A stretch of DNA of 35,113 nucleotides. Origin: Chrysochromulina tobinii (Eukaryota). Shown in pieces: positions 9,752 through 21,188 of the stretch; the stretch's first letter is position 1, and every line of letters begins with the position of its first letter. Position numbers and translations under genes: made by a program. The DNA lies in contig JWZX01003250.1 in the NCBI GenBank assembly GCA_001275005.1, positions 1-35,113 of the forward strand, given 5' to 3'. Below the pieces are notes generated by a model that ran no database searches, was not told where the DNA came from, and worked only from the letters and a program-made list of their open reading frames with translations.

Positions 9752-10570
9752 TCAAATCAGCAAGGTGTATGTGCCTCGACGGGGTCGCACGCTTCCTTTT
9801 CCGTTGCTTTGCGCTCCCCGCTGCGGCAGTTCCCACATCCCAAGGCGGTAGAATGTACTGACACGTAGCACGTCGAGCAGCATCTCGACCGGCGTCCACC
9901 ACGTCACCTTGGAGCCAGGCACGTCCTCAAAGGGGACCTGCGCCGAGACGACGCCCAGCCCGAGACGCTGCGCAACGTACAGCATCTCGACGTCGTAAGC
10001 CCATCGCTCAATGTGCAGGTGCGGCAGGGTGAGAGCGGCAGCATCACGCGTCAGCAGCTTGAAGCCGCACTGAGTGTCGGTCACGCCACTCACGGCCATG
10101 GACGCGAGGGCACGGAAGGTGTAGCCCATGAGCTCCCGGTACCACGGCCGGGATGCGCAACGCTCTCCCACAACAATGCTGCAGCCGACACGGTCCATCA
10201 CGTCCTCTAGATCCTGAAGTGCTGTAAGCGGAGTGCTGCCGTCCGCGTCCATGAGGAGGATGCGCTCGCCCGCGGCGAAGCACGCACCCGCCGCGAGTGC
10301 TGCTCCCTTACCACAATTCCTCGGCGAGCGCACGACGCGTAGACGATGCGGCTCGTCTTCACGCAGGCTGCTCAATGCTGCTGCCGTCTCGTCGGTGCTG
10401 CCATCGTCCACCACAATCACCTCCCAGTCTCGCGCTTGCGTGCGCAAGTAGAGGAGCGACGCTGCGAGAGGCTTCGGCAGGCGCTCGCGCTCGTTAAACG
10501 CCGGAATCACTACCGACAGCGATGGCGTGCGAGCGATCGTGGCGCTGGCAAAATGGAGCACTTCGAGCAT
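9752..10570 (-). CDS. ALG5: Dolichyl-phosphate beta-glucosyltransferase-like GT2 glycosyltransferase
   Basis: Motifs SVVIPAFNE.ERL, VIVVDDGSTD, N.GKGAA, LLMDADG, DTQCGFKL and ERWAYDVEML match the DPG synthase subfamily of GT2. Confidence 0.85.
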   Translation of the reverse strand: MLEVLHFASATIARTPSLSVVIPAFNERERLPKPLAASLLYLRTQARDWEVIVVDDGSTDETAAALSSLREDEPHRLRVVRSPRNCGKGAALAAGACFAAGERILLMDADGSTPLTALQDLEDVMDRVGCSIVVGERCASRPWYRELMGYTFRALASMAVSGVTDTQCGFKLLTRDAAALTLPHLHIERWAYDVEMLYVAQRLGLGVVSAQVPFEDVPGSKVTWWTPVEMLLDVLRVSTFYRLGMWELPQRGAQSNGKGSVRPRRGTYTLLI

Positions 10571-11238
10571 GGATCTGTGTGAAAAGGTCAGCTCTGATGA
10601 CTATCTTCCCCGCTTGCCTTGATGGCTTTTGGACTATGTTGGAGAGGCGGACACACAGAACACATACATGTATATTGTCCGTGGTACCAAATGATGGCCT
10701 TGGGATATGCTGATGTTAAATCATGACTTGTGCTGATCTGATTCAAACTGGGGGACCTGGGGGCTGATCTGGGGCTGGTTAGTGTGTCAAGGCAGGGCCT
10801 GACGAATGCTTGGCTATGGAGCAGCTAGAAGCCGACCTCTTTCCAAATCATGCAACGTCACCACTACGTTAAAGGGTCCTCGCTCCCCGGTACATGAAAT
10901 TATGCCCGAAATTATGCTTGCGTGATTTCAGCGTCGTTCTTGTTAGACAATCGGGTTGCGGAGCACCCGACGATCACGTAGTCACCGGTGGCATTAGTCA
11001 CAACGAAGTCATGCTCGCGGATGAGGCATATGAATTCGGGTGGGGACGTAGACTGTAACAAGTGCACGTAACACGCGGGTTCAGGCCCGGGGTTGACGCC
11101 GGGACATGGCGACTCTGAACCTTGTCTGTGAGCGCGGTATGCGTTGCACCTCGTGATCATGAGAATGAACTTGAATGAAGCGAGTGTGAACGTCAACTTT
11201 TGTGTCAGAGAAAACTTCAGCGAGAAAAACCGGAGGAA

Positions 11239-11814
11239 ATGCTGTTGGCCATGTCGATCCTCTCTGCCAGCAGCGCCCTGCATGTGTTACCGAAAACCGG
11301 AGGTACTTTTGTGCGAGGCACGGACGCCCTGATGTGTCCGAAGGCGCACGGAACCACAGCGAACGCTGTCGCACCGCGAATTCGGTGGGGCTGTGATCGA
11401 GGGCTCGCCGACTGGTGCTGCTGCTTCAACCGCCACATGGCTGAGCCCGGAGGGTACTGGAAAACAGTGCAGTTCCTGAGCGATATCAGCAGCAGCTCAA
11501 CGCCAGTTATCTTCTACGATTCAGTCTCGCAACTTCCTCTGTTTGTGGCACCAGTGAACCGATCACTCACTGCGTTTCTCAAGGAGACCGAAGAGCACGG
11601 GTGGCCGTCCTTTCGGGACGATGAGGTTGTGTGGGAGAATGTGCGTATACTGCCCGATGGGGAGACCGTTTCAGTCGGTGGCACCCACCTCGGCCATCTC
11701 ATTCCCGACGAGACTGGCCGGCCGCGGTATTGTATCAACCTTGTTTGTGTTGCTGGCCTGCCACGCCCGGCGTTGAGCGAGGATGCCTTCCGCCACGCGT
11801 TGCGAGGGTTGTGA
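11239..11814 (+). CDS. Methionine sulfoxide reductase B (MsrB/SelR)-fold protein with N-terminal signal peptide
   Basis: HGWPSF, HLGH and RYCIN motifs of MsrB. Hydrophobic N-terminus MLLAMSILSASSA. No CxxC zinc pairs. Confidence 0.75.
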   Translation: MLLAMSILSASSALHVLPKTGGTFVRGTDALMCPKAHGTTANAVAPRIRWGCDRGLADWCCCFNRHMAEPGGYWKTVQFLSDISSSSTPVIFYDSVSQLPLFVAPVNRSLTAFLKETEEHGWPSFRDDEVVWENVRILPDGETVSVGGTHLGHLIPDETGRPRYCINLVCVAGLPRPALSEDAFRHALRGL

Positions 11815-12007
11815 GATCCTAGATGAAGCCGCAGTGAACCAGCCGTCAACAACATGTTTGACTAAGACCCTGAACACAATGTTGCCTATGACAAAGAACT
11901 CGCACATACCCACACTGCTTGTACCATGGCGACCGGACTGGGACTCGACTGGAAACACATTTTTCATCTTGTAACGAAGTGCAGCGGGCCGTGCGCGCTT
12001 GTGACGC

Positions 12008-12424
12008 TCATGCAGAGAATGGTACCTCCTCTTCATGCTCCTCTCCAGATGGTACCGCCGGCTCGAGCACGGGATTTGGTCGAACGAAACATTCGCCATT
12101 CCGCAAGTAGAATTTGCCACCCGGGGAAATGCTGGTGACCCAGCCGCCGGCGTGGCCCCTTGCAGGGTCGCCCAATGCCACAAGCGCACGCTGCCCACCA
12201 CCGTCTATAGGCTGCGTCTCAAGCACGAACACGACCGTGTTGGCTGGCACCTCCGCGACGTCAACAGAGGTGATCTCGAGAGCGGCTTGTAGCACCACAT
12301 CGCACACAGTCAATGCTGTGCAGCCCTCCTCGACGCTCGTGCCTACGTCTGATCCTGCTGATGTCTTTTTGCCTCGCTTGGGTGACCTGGGCTTCTTGGG
12401 TGACTTGGGCTTCTTGCTGGGCAT
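12008..12424 (-). CDS. Small hypothetical protein with a basic SPKK-repeat N-terminus and a possible SH3-like beta domain
   Basis: ATG-initiated ORF beginning MPSKKPKSPKKPRSPKRGKK, followed by VAEVPANTVVFVLE..RALV..GWVTS, an SH3b-like pattern. Confidence 0.6.
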   Translation of the reverse strand: MPSKKPKSPKKPRSPKRGKKTSAGSDVGTSVEEGCTALTVCDVVLQAALEITSVDVAEVPANTVVFVLETQPIDGGGQRALVALGDPARGHAGGWVTSISPGGKFYLRNGECFVRPNPVLEPAVPSGEEHEEEVPFSA

Positions 12425-12942
12425 CGCTGCGCGCGCCAGAGACCAGAGATGGGGCCCCCCCAGGAAGTACTTTTTTCGGTTTTCGGGTCACGTTTTTTTA
12501 GAAGTATGACGAAACTAATGTGCCGTTTGCACCAAACTGACTGTCTGAAGTGAGTCTGCCAGGATATGGATGGAGATCACCAGAACCATGCTGGGGGCAT
12601 TCTGGGATTTTCTGGTCTGGACACTCCACACCATGCGCTGCATCTTGCATGCGCGGCCACAATCGGAGCTTCAACGGTGCACTGGACGACGCCATCGTGA
12701 GCACCGAGCCGCAAGCGTTCCTCGCGTTCCTCAACAATCACCGGGTCCCGAAGCACGTGGGTAGTCAGCGCAAGGCCAGCGTTGACCGTTGAGAATCGTC
12801 GATCGACGTACATGTACACGTCAGCAACTCAAGGGCAGCAACTAGGGGCCAAGGCCCAAGCCAAGGCCGGAGTGACCCAGACTACCCACATGCCACGAAC
12901 GATGGACAGATAATGGACAGATGGAGCACAGACCTGACCTTA

Positions 12943-13603
12943 TCAGCCCCATTGCTGCGTTCCACGTCGTGCAAGTTTCGCGGCCCACCGTTCCGAGCTG
13001 CGCTGCCGAACGAGCGCATCCATCTTGTTGTAATCACGGATAGATCGCCAAGGCGGCACGACCATCAGCTCCGAGGGCGTTTCGTGACCACGCTCACTAC
13101 CGCGGAAGGCTTGCCAGCGGTACGTGATGTGAAACCCTGAGGTCGGGGGAGAAGCGACCTCAGTGGTCTTCGTGTCGCCGCTCAGCGTTGCCGACGGGGG
13201 TTCGATCATCATTGCGCCGATATTGTTGGTATTGAACCGCATGCCACTTGGCCATCCGTTGGGCGCGTCTTGCCGGCTTCTCGCGTGGCCAAAATGACCA
13301 GCGAAGGTGAGTGCGCCCTCATGCTTGACCACGTCCACGTCACGGTGCAGAAGTCTGCCGTGTTGGTGCTCGACAAAGATTTCGCGCGTCATTGACGCAT
13401 GCGGCCACTGCATTCGCTTCTGGTAATCGGGACGCATGCCACCGTCCACATCTGTCGCGTCGTGGTTGATCATCGTCGGGCTTGGGGTGAGTTTTGGGTT
13501 CAGGCTGAGGCTGACCATCGTGGTCCGCTATCCGGATAGCACGAAAAGGGCCTTGCCCTGGCAGCCTCTCCCCACAAAATTGTGAAACGCATTTTGAACG
13601 CAT
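12943..13603 (-). CDS. Hypothetical protein, probably 2 exons (13603-13516, 13451-12943)
   Basis: A GT..AG 64-nt intron at 13515-13452 joins the two annotated ORF frames in phase (..IADHD-D-VDGGMRPDY..). No recognised domain. Confidence 0.45.
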
Positions 13604-13972
13604 GCACGGAATGAAAGCAAAAGCGCAGTGTTTTTCACCCGATTCTCTGGACTCTGCCGAACTAAATCATCGGCCATGCACTCCGCGTCACTTTAAGTGG
13701 ACTTACTGAACCTCAAGTGTACCTCGAGCTATCTCGTCGTACCAGCGAGTACGATCTGCGCGTGCGGTGCGTCCGCCCGCCCTCGCACAACGAGGGACCT
13801 CTGGTGCGAGAGGCGAGGCGACAGCCGCACACATGCACATGCCGATGTTGCACACTCTTAACACATGGGCCGCACGGATCGCCGCAGTGCACGCTGCACT
13901 TGCTCCCCCGCTCGCCTGTCCGACTGCGTTTCCTGCGCGATGCCGATGACCAGCGTTGCACTTCGAACCTTG

Positions 13973-16900
13973 TTAGTACGGCGGAGGATAGTAGTCTGAT
14001 CGCCCCATCTGCCTCGCCAGGCGTCGTTCCTCCGCCCCCATGAACCTGGGATCCATCTGCATGGTCTGCATGGGCGCCCCCGGCATGTTACGCATGACGT
14101 AATTCCCACGCGCCGACGGGACGGGTGCTGTCGGAACAGCCGCGTTCCCGTAGAGGCGCGCCCCAGCCTGTCTCTGCATCATCAATGGGTTCTGCATGCC
14201 CGGCGCAACGCCCGGCGTGCCCATCGGCATGCCCGGCACGCCCGGCAGCACGTAATTGCGCATCATCGGACCCCTGGAATTGGGCATCATCGGGTCATAA
14301 TTCCCCTGCGAGCCGCGAAGATAGTTACCCATGGGCACGCCGTACATAGTGCGCGCCTCGCGACGCGCATCGGCACCTCGTAACTCAAGGGCAGCAGAGG
14401 CACGAGCAGGCGCCGCAGCCGTCGCAGTAGTTGCCTGGCGCAGCTCCTTGGAGATGGGCTGCGGCGGGAAGTTGTAGCGCAGTGGTCGACCGTCAGCCAT
14501 CCGCGCCGCGCGCCGAGCGTCTGCTCCCCTCAGATCTGCATTCGGCTCGGCGCCAACGGAACCCGCCGCGCCTGCCGCAGCCGCACTCCTGGCCTGCCTC
14601 TGCATCTGCGTCAGCGTGGTGTGAACGGACGTCGAGGGGGCGGACCTGGTGGGGGCAACAAAGCTTGACCTCCCGACGGGCGTCGGCATGCGCAGACCAC
14701 CGCCAGCAGCGGCCATGCGCGCCTCCCTCCTCGCGTCCGCACCCTTTGCCTCCTCCATCGGCTCCGCCGCCGCGGCGGCGACGCTTGCAGCCGGAGCCAC
14801 TTGCATGGGTGTGCGGGCGCCGCCGCCATTGCTCCGTAGTGCTCCCCGTAGGATCGCTCGCGCCCCCGTCAGCCGTGCTCGCTGCTGCTCGACTTCGAGG
14901 CGTGTCGAGACCGCGTCGGCTTCGGTCAAACCCACGGCCTCGGTCAATCCCTCGCTCGTCCAGTCCTTCACTCGCCCGAGGCGCTGGGCGCCTGTGAGCA
15001 TCGTCTGCATCACCTCCGCCACCGCGATGAGGCTCGAGGTGGTCAACTCGGCGCGCCCGTACCCAGCCGTCTCGGCAGCCGCCATGGCCACCTGCATCAC
15101 ATCGACAGTCGCAAAGGCCAACTCGGACGCCAGCTCAGCGCCCACGCGCGCGGCTTGGTTCTTCGACTTGGCCGCTCGTAGCAGCGCCGGCACGACCGAG
15201 TCCTGCATCATGGAGGACGTCGCCGACGCCGTCTCGAGCGCTTGGAGTGCCTCACTCACGGCAGAGGGCGAGGTTCCGCTTTGGCCCATGGCGCTTCTGC
15301 TCTGCATGTCGGCAGCAAGCTTGTGGGCGGCCTCGCCCACGCCCTTGCCCGCGGCGACGGTGGCCGCCTGCAGCAGAGGCACCGCCCAAGCCACCAGCTC
15401 CGCTGCTGAGCCCGAGCCACCTGCCGGCTCCGCAAGCGCCCCTCCGCTGGCAGCACCACCCGAGGGCGCCCCGTACGGCCGCCTGAAATCGGCGACTGGC
15501 ACGTCGTAAAAGTTCTTCTGCAGGCCGGGCGAGCGGCCACGCCGCTCCTCGTCAATCGGGGGCGCCGCCATACTGGGCACCACGACGCCCCGGTCGAGAG
15601 CCATTGGCTCCGGGGGCGTGAGACTCTCGGAGACGGACTCGGGCACGTTCTTGGCCATCTCGTCCACAAGCAGCTGCATTGCCCGGACTGACACGAGCGC
15701 TGTCTCGACTGCCACGACGACTTGCCGCTGGCGTGCCTGCGCCACGTCCGACACGGTCGACTCCGCAGGTGAGCCACCATCCGAGGGCATCGGCATCATG
15801 CCCGATTGCATCACCCCGGAGGGCATCATGCCCGGCGGCATCATGCCGTCAAACCCCGACTGCATCGACCCCTGTGACGCCGCCGCGCCCTGTGATGACA
15901 TGGCGCCCTGCATGGGATGCACGTCGGCGCCGCCTGCAGGGGGCCATGCAGATGCCGAGTCCTGCATGGACGGCCACGGGGGCCACACGGGCGGCGGTGC
16001 TGGCTGCCTTTCGGATGGGACGCCGGCCTGCATCGCCTGCTGCATCGCCTGCTGCATCGAGCCTTGCATGACGCCCTGGATGGCCCCCTGAGCCGCCCCC
16101 TGCATGGCCTCGGATCCGTGCATCGCCTCCTGCATGCCGAGGTACTGTACCGTCGCGACGGCCGCGTCCAGCTCCATGCACGCCGCATGCAGCTGCGCCT
16201 CCACATGGGCAGTGTAGTTGTTCTGCTCGTCGTGGATCTCGCGCAATCTCCGGTACTCGATCTGCATGCGCTCGAGCTCCGCGCGCAGTGTGGCCTCTTC
16301 GCGCTCCGACGCCGTCGCCAGCGCCAGCGCCGCTGCCTTTTCGCGCTCCGACGCCGCCGCCTCTGCCGCCGCGGCTGCGGCCGCCTGCGCCCAAGCTGCG
16401 TCGGCCGCGGCCGCCGCCCTCTCTGCTGTGGCCTTGTTTGCCGCGGCCTTCTCAGCGGCCGACCTCTCGGCCGACGCCTTCTCGGCCATCGCCCTCTCGG
16501 CTGCCGCCCTCTCGGCCGACGCCTTCTTCGCCGCCGCCCAGTCGACAGACGCCTTCTCGGCAGCTTGGTTGTTCTTCACGGCAGCCTTCTCCGCTGCAGC
16601 CTTGTTCACGGCCGCCTTCTCGGAGGCTGCCCACTCGGCCGCGAGCTTGTCGGCCGCCGCCCGAGTGTCGGCTGCCCACTTGGACGCCAGCTTGTCAGCT
16701 GCCGCCAGCTGGTCGGCCGCTTTCGCTGCAGCGGCAGCTGCCGCCTTCGAGGCTGCCGCCTTCGAGGCTGCCGCCTTCGCAACCGCGGCCTCCGCGGCAG
16801 CCGCCTTTTCGGCTTCCGCCTTCTCAGCCTTCTCGGCGGCGATCACCCTATCGGCCGCCGATATATTGGCTCCCTCCTCCATCACCTTCTCGGCTGCCGC

Positions 16901-17282
16901 CAAATCGACCACCTTCTTTTCAATCGCCTCGGCTTCAGCCGACTTGGGCCTCACCGCTGCCTGAGCGGTGGCATTGAGCGTCGGGCCCGCAGCGGATGCG
17001 GCGGCGGAGGAGGAGGATACCACAGCGGCAGAGGATGAGGTCATCACATCGAACTTCCGCTTTTTCGAGGCGCCTGACTCCTTCCTGGTGCGTTTCTGCT
17101 CTGAGGACGTCTCAGCGGGGGCCTTTCTCATCAGACGGCACCTCATCAGCCGCAGATACAATCAGCCTCCCGATCCGCGTCACAGCTGCATGGCGTGTGA
17201 CGAGTGCGGGACGAGATGCGCTCGGGAAGCATTGGAGGTAGGACACGCTCGCACCGAGGAGCAGTGCGACGAGGGGCAGCAT
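13973..17282 (-). CDS. Ala-rich coiled-coil/low-complexity protein with a likely signal+transit peptide; one frame break near 17125
   Basis: The 1062-aa frame has AEKAA repeats, a coiled coil and 4 GADARREAR-like motifs. An upstream ATG at 17282 encodes MLPLVALLLGASVSYLQCF.. but is one base out of frame at GAGAAAGGCC (~17122-17129). Confidence 0.7.
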
Positions 17283-17938
17283 GCCCCACCTCGACGAAGA
17301 GCCGGCGCGCTTCGGGATTGTTTGGGAGCCTTCGCTGGATCGACGCGAGATATATGAATGATGACGGTCGTCATCAAACGGCATGTTCCAGCATTTTTGA
17401 CGAAGCGGTGGTCGGCAAAAAAGGGATTCTTGTGGCGTCGACTTTCGACACGCACTTCAAATGGAAGATTTTTGACATTTTTGACTCATCCCTTCGGTTA
17501 GCATTGACTTTCGACATTGTTTCACACTCGGACTCGCCGCGTGCTGCTTGGATTTATGGATTAAGTGCGGATTTAGCGGATGCTCTGTCATGCTCGTTTG
17601 TCTTCGCCTGGCCGCAGGCAAGGCAGCAGCGCGCGTACGCAGGCTTGGCGTGCCCGAATCCCCGAAAAGCGAGATATGCATGCGGGCCCTGCATGGAATA
17701 AATCGTCGAAGTGGTCATTCCCGATGACTCGTTAAGACGTTACCGTTGTGAAAACGTCGCGATCTCTTCGACTTAATAATATGTGGCGTCTGCCAAGAGT
17801 CTGCCTCAGCAAAGAATGGCCTAACACACAGCGTACGCGTTGTCGTACCGAGATCAACATGTGTATTTCCATGTACTACGTAGTGCCAAAGGTGAAAGGA
17901 CCGAAACTTAGCGCACTATCAATTCTGAATTCAACCCT

Positions 17939-19078
17939 TCAAGCCGAGCGCACTGTGGTCCCCTCCGCCACAGTTTTGCACATCGGCAGCCTGACCGTGG
18001 GCATCTCGGGCCAGCTCATTATCCTGGCACCAGCATTTCCTCTCTCCCCGCCTGCGTAGTGATGCCCAATATTTGGCCATGGGCCCACCTGGTCCACACC
18101 AGTCAGCGCGCAGTTGACGAATGGCAGCGAGCCGTTGCACGAGCAAGGCAGCGATGCGCCCCAGCCAGTGCGCAGTTCAGGGACGCACGAACCATTGAGC
18201 TTGTGCTCGATGCACGTTCTTTGGCAGCTGACCAGCTCGTGCACCCCTAAGCCCTCACGATTGTCGAAGATCAGCGTATCGAAGCCGTGCGAGCGCACAT
18301 GCGGGCAGAGCGGCATCGAGTCCTCGAGCCTATTGATGAAGTTGAGGTCGTCGCGGCGATGGCGCTTGCCGCGATGCACGAGGCTGATGTTTAGGCGCTC
18401 GACGAGCTCGGAGCGGTCGGCGACGCGCAACACGCGCCCAGCGCGCACGAAAACACCACTGCCACGTTGCGTCAAGAACCAGCAGCCATTCGGCCCACCC
18501 TCCTTGTCCATGGCAGTCACCGATGCCCTCCCGCCGATCCCTGTGTAAATATCCCGGCCCCGCACATACGCCGCATAGTCGATGCGAATGACCTCCACAA
18601 ACGCTTCTTCGCCGGCGCGAACCACCGGAGCATCCCAGCGTGGTTGCGCTATGGGCAGCTCCGGTGTCGCAACGCTGCCAGCACGAGTGCATGGCGGTAA
18701 GGCGACGCCGAACTTTTCGAGACGAGTGAGCCCTAGGTTTGGACTGATCATCGAAATGCCGACAGCACCCGCGGGCAGTCTAGAATGTGCTGCGCACAAT
18801 GCGGTGACATTTCTCTCCCTCGTGTGCACGCACAGTTTTGCTCGAGGCAGTGGCGCAAAGTTCCAGAGCCACTGCATGGTGCTGGTGCTGGCATTCATCA
18901 AGGCGGCATGGTCGTTGGGAATAGGCTGGCGGTACACGTGAGATAGGTATGTTGCGAGCTCCGACGCGTCTGCGGTGGGGAGCGCCCCGTCGGCCATCAT
19001 GGGACCACGAAACGCGCGGCGAATAAGAGGCACAAATGGAGCCCGAGGCGGCGCGAGAAGTGCGCGTTTTGCGCGCAT
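17939..19078 (-). CDS. Uncharacterised Cys-containing protein of an apparent algal-expanded family
   Basis: ORF with a globular-looking motif series: YLSHVY, VEVIR, GCWF..GSGVFV..GR, GFDTL, ELV.C, LRTGWGASLPCSC..NC. The start is uncertain (19078 or ~19000). Confidence 0.7.
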   Translation of the reverse strand: MRAKRALLAPPRAPFVPLIRRAFRGPMMADGALPTADASELATYLSHVYRQPIPNDHAALMNASTSTMQWLWNFAPLPRAKLCVHTRERNVTALCAAHSRLPAGAVGISMISPNLGLTRLEKFGVALPPCTRAGSVATPELPIAQPRWDAPVVRAGEEAFVEVIRIDYAAYVRGRDIYTGIGGRASVTAMDKEGGPNGCWFLTQRGSGVFVRAGRVLRVADRSELVERLNISLVHRGKRHRRDDLNFINRLEDSMPLCPHVRSHGFDTLIFDNREGLGVHELVSCQRTCIEHKLNGSCVPELRTGWGASLPCSCNGSLPFVNCALTGVDQVGPWPNIGHHYAGGERGNAGARIMSWPEMPTVRLPMCKTVAEGTTVRSA

Positions 19079-19313
19079 AGGCTTCCCGCTTTTCGGATCC
19101 TTAGAGTGTGGTAGCGAGTCTTGCTTACGGGGATTCACACGGTTGTTTTTTTATGTCATAGACATATGTTGCTACATATTGTCCTCGCTCGATCGGCTCA
19201 GAGTCTGTATCCCTGATGCCTGTGGAGAGTGACACAGTCGAGGCACAGTCGCGGCCTCACGGGGCGGCGTTACGATTGGTCGAGCGCACAGCGCCGTCGC
19301 TTACGACGGCTTA

Positions 19314-19879
19314 TCAGTTGATCTTCAGCCTATCTGCGGACGGGGTGGCCCAGTGCGCGTCTATCGCATTGTTGACGAGCTGCTGTGCCGTCGAAAAGTG
19401 GAGTTGGTCGCCCGTGGCCCGCGGCCGGTTGATTCGCTCCCTCCTGCCATTCCGCATGACCATGCCCATCTCGCTCGGATTCTCGGGCACCACCATTTTC
19501 GTCGGGTCGACATACGCGCCCTTGCCCACGACATATCCGATGCCCGTGGTGGAACGCCAAGCCAGTGACTCTGACAGGAAGCCGGAGTATTTTTGATAGT
19601 CGCTCTTACCGTCCGGGGGGAAGAAGGCGCCGAGCGTTTCGCCGAGCTGATTATTAGTACGCACTTTGGGCGTCGGAGGCGGGAGGCAGCCGCCGCCACT
19701 GATCTGCGGACAAGAAAGGGTGGAGCAGCAGAGATGGCCGAGGTCACAGGCGCAGAGCACAAAAAGGGAGAATGCGCAGAAGCCTCGTATTGCGGTGGAT
19801 GCGTGCGGTGACGACGGCAAAGGCGCACCTGGGAGGCGAGAAGGGCGGCTTTTCCCAAACCACCTGGGGCCTCTGACAT
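19314..19879 (-). CDS. Hypothetical protein (146 aa), 2 exons (19879-19829, 19703-19314)
   Basis: CAG|gtgcgc..tgtccgcag|ATC phase-0 intron at 19828-19704 gives MSEAPGGLGKAALLASQ-ISGGGCLPPP..KIN*. Confidence 0.65.
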
Positions 19880-19955
19880 CGGGAACTGGATGCCCGCGGC
19901 AGCGCTTCGGAACCGCACGGCGTCGCGACGTACAGTTATGGACATACGTATGATC

Positions 19956-21188
19956 ATGCAAAACTTGTGCTTCGTGGTTAGCGCATCCTTTTGCGTCGTC
20001 GCATTTTCAAATCGCATGATCGCTCCGACGACGATGGTCGAGGGCAAGGGAGGCAGGGGCAAGACACCCCTCGCTGAGCTCGGCATCGGCCAAGCGAACC
20101 TCGACAGCGCGCCTCCGATGGACCTGCGCCTGCACCTTGCGATGAAGCGTGCGGTGGTGGCGGCACGCGCAGATGCAGAGCAGGTGGAGCGCGCAGATAG
20201 CACGGCCGTGGAGCCTAAGCGCAAGCGCAAAGGCAAGAAGAAGAAGGCTCCGCTTCCCAGCTTCCTTCCAGACTACGTCGAGCCTGAGACGGCTCCATCG
20301 GGCATCACCCACATGTCGCGCGAAATGCTCGATGACTTGGGCATGAGCGTGTCCGAGCGTGCCGTGCTGCCGCCCTACGTCAAACCCGTTGCAGAACCCG
20401 CCGTCGAAGACGCAGTTGAACCCGTCGTCAACGCTTCGAAGGTGGCCGCGAGCCCTATCGGCGAGGCACTCTTCCAGCGCAAAATGCGCTTCCCTGACCG
20501 CCGCGCCTCGTCCGCCGTCCTCATGATGCTGATGCCGGAGGTTGAGGAGGTCGCCATCGCTGTCTTAGCTGCGCCCATGCCAGTAGAGGCCCTTGACGTG
20601 GGCCTCGAGGCGGCGTCGCCCACGGAAGCCGAGGACGAGGGCGAGCCGGAGACACAGGCGGCAGCACTCGAGCAGGTCGTGAACGCGATCGACGCGGCTA
20701 TCGAGGCGATCGACTTGGCGATCGACGTGGCAGATGCGGCGGAGGGAGGCGATGAGCCGATCGACGTGGCAGATGCGGCGGAGGGAGGCGATGAGGCGAT
20801 CGACGAGGCGGCCGAGGCGGCCGAGGCGGGTGCTCTCGCACACGACATTACGGACCTGTCGAGGTGCGTCGGATGGGAGCAGACGGAGTGCATGGTCCGC
20901 CCGCTGATCGAGGCGCTGCCCGAGTCGTCACATGCAACGGTGGCGGCGCTCGCATCGGCGCCCACAACGGCGCCCGTAACGGCGCCCGTAACGGCACCCG
21001 TAACGGCGCCCGTAACGGCGCCCGTAACGGCGCTCATTCGCACGGGGTTCTGGCCACGTGGCATGCTCGTCGGACTCGCACGTTACGTCAAACGGCTCCT
21101 CTACGGCATGCATGCAATTTCGGAGCAAATGCGGGCGCCGCGCCTCACGCTCGCGCCTGCGGACAACTCCAAGATCAAGGACGCGTGA
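19956..21188 (+). CDS. Acidic Ala/Glu-rich hypothetical protein with a signal peptide (possible plastid bipartite leader)
   Basis: MQNLCFVVSASFCVVA-F signal-like start. Internal repeats IDVADAAEGGDE x2 and TAPV x5 (12-nt repeat at ~20968-21030). Confidence 0.7.
   Translation: MQNLCFVVSASFCVVAFSNRMIAPTTMVEGKGGRGKTPLAELGIGQANLDSAPPMDLRLHLAMKRAVVAARADAEQVERADSTAVEPKRKRKGKKKKAPLPSFLPDYVEPETAPSGITHMSREMLDDLGMSVSERAVLPPYVKPVAEPAVEDAVEPVVNASKVAASPIGEALFQRKMRFPDRRASSAVLMMLMPEVEEVAIAVLAAPMPVEALDVGLEAASPTEAEDEGEPETQAAALEQVVNAIDAAIEAIDLAIDVADAAEGGDEPIDVADAAEGGDEAIDEAAEAAEAGALAHDITDLSRCVGWEQTECMVRPLIEALPESSHATVAALASAPTTAPVTAPVTAPVTAPVTAPVTALIRTGFWPRGMLVGLARYVKRLLYGMHAISEQMRAPRLTLAPADNSKIKDA

Noticed and set aside
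10912..11283. 123-aa minus-strand ORF
   Set aside because: It overlaps the 5' end of the MsrB-like gene and has no motif support.
12550..12792. Short ORFs between the 12.4 kb and 12.9 kb genes
   Set aside because: Under 85 aa with no motif or consistent frame; cannot be supported.
14125..17038. Long plus-strand ORFs (e.g. 15917-17038, 14649-15509)
   Set aside because: Antisense shadows of the GC-rich Ala-repeat gene; stop-poor by composition.
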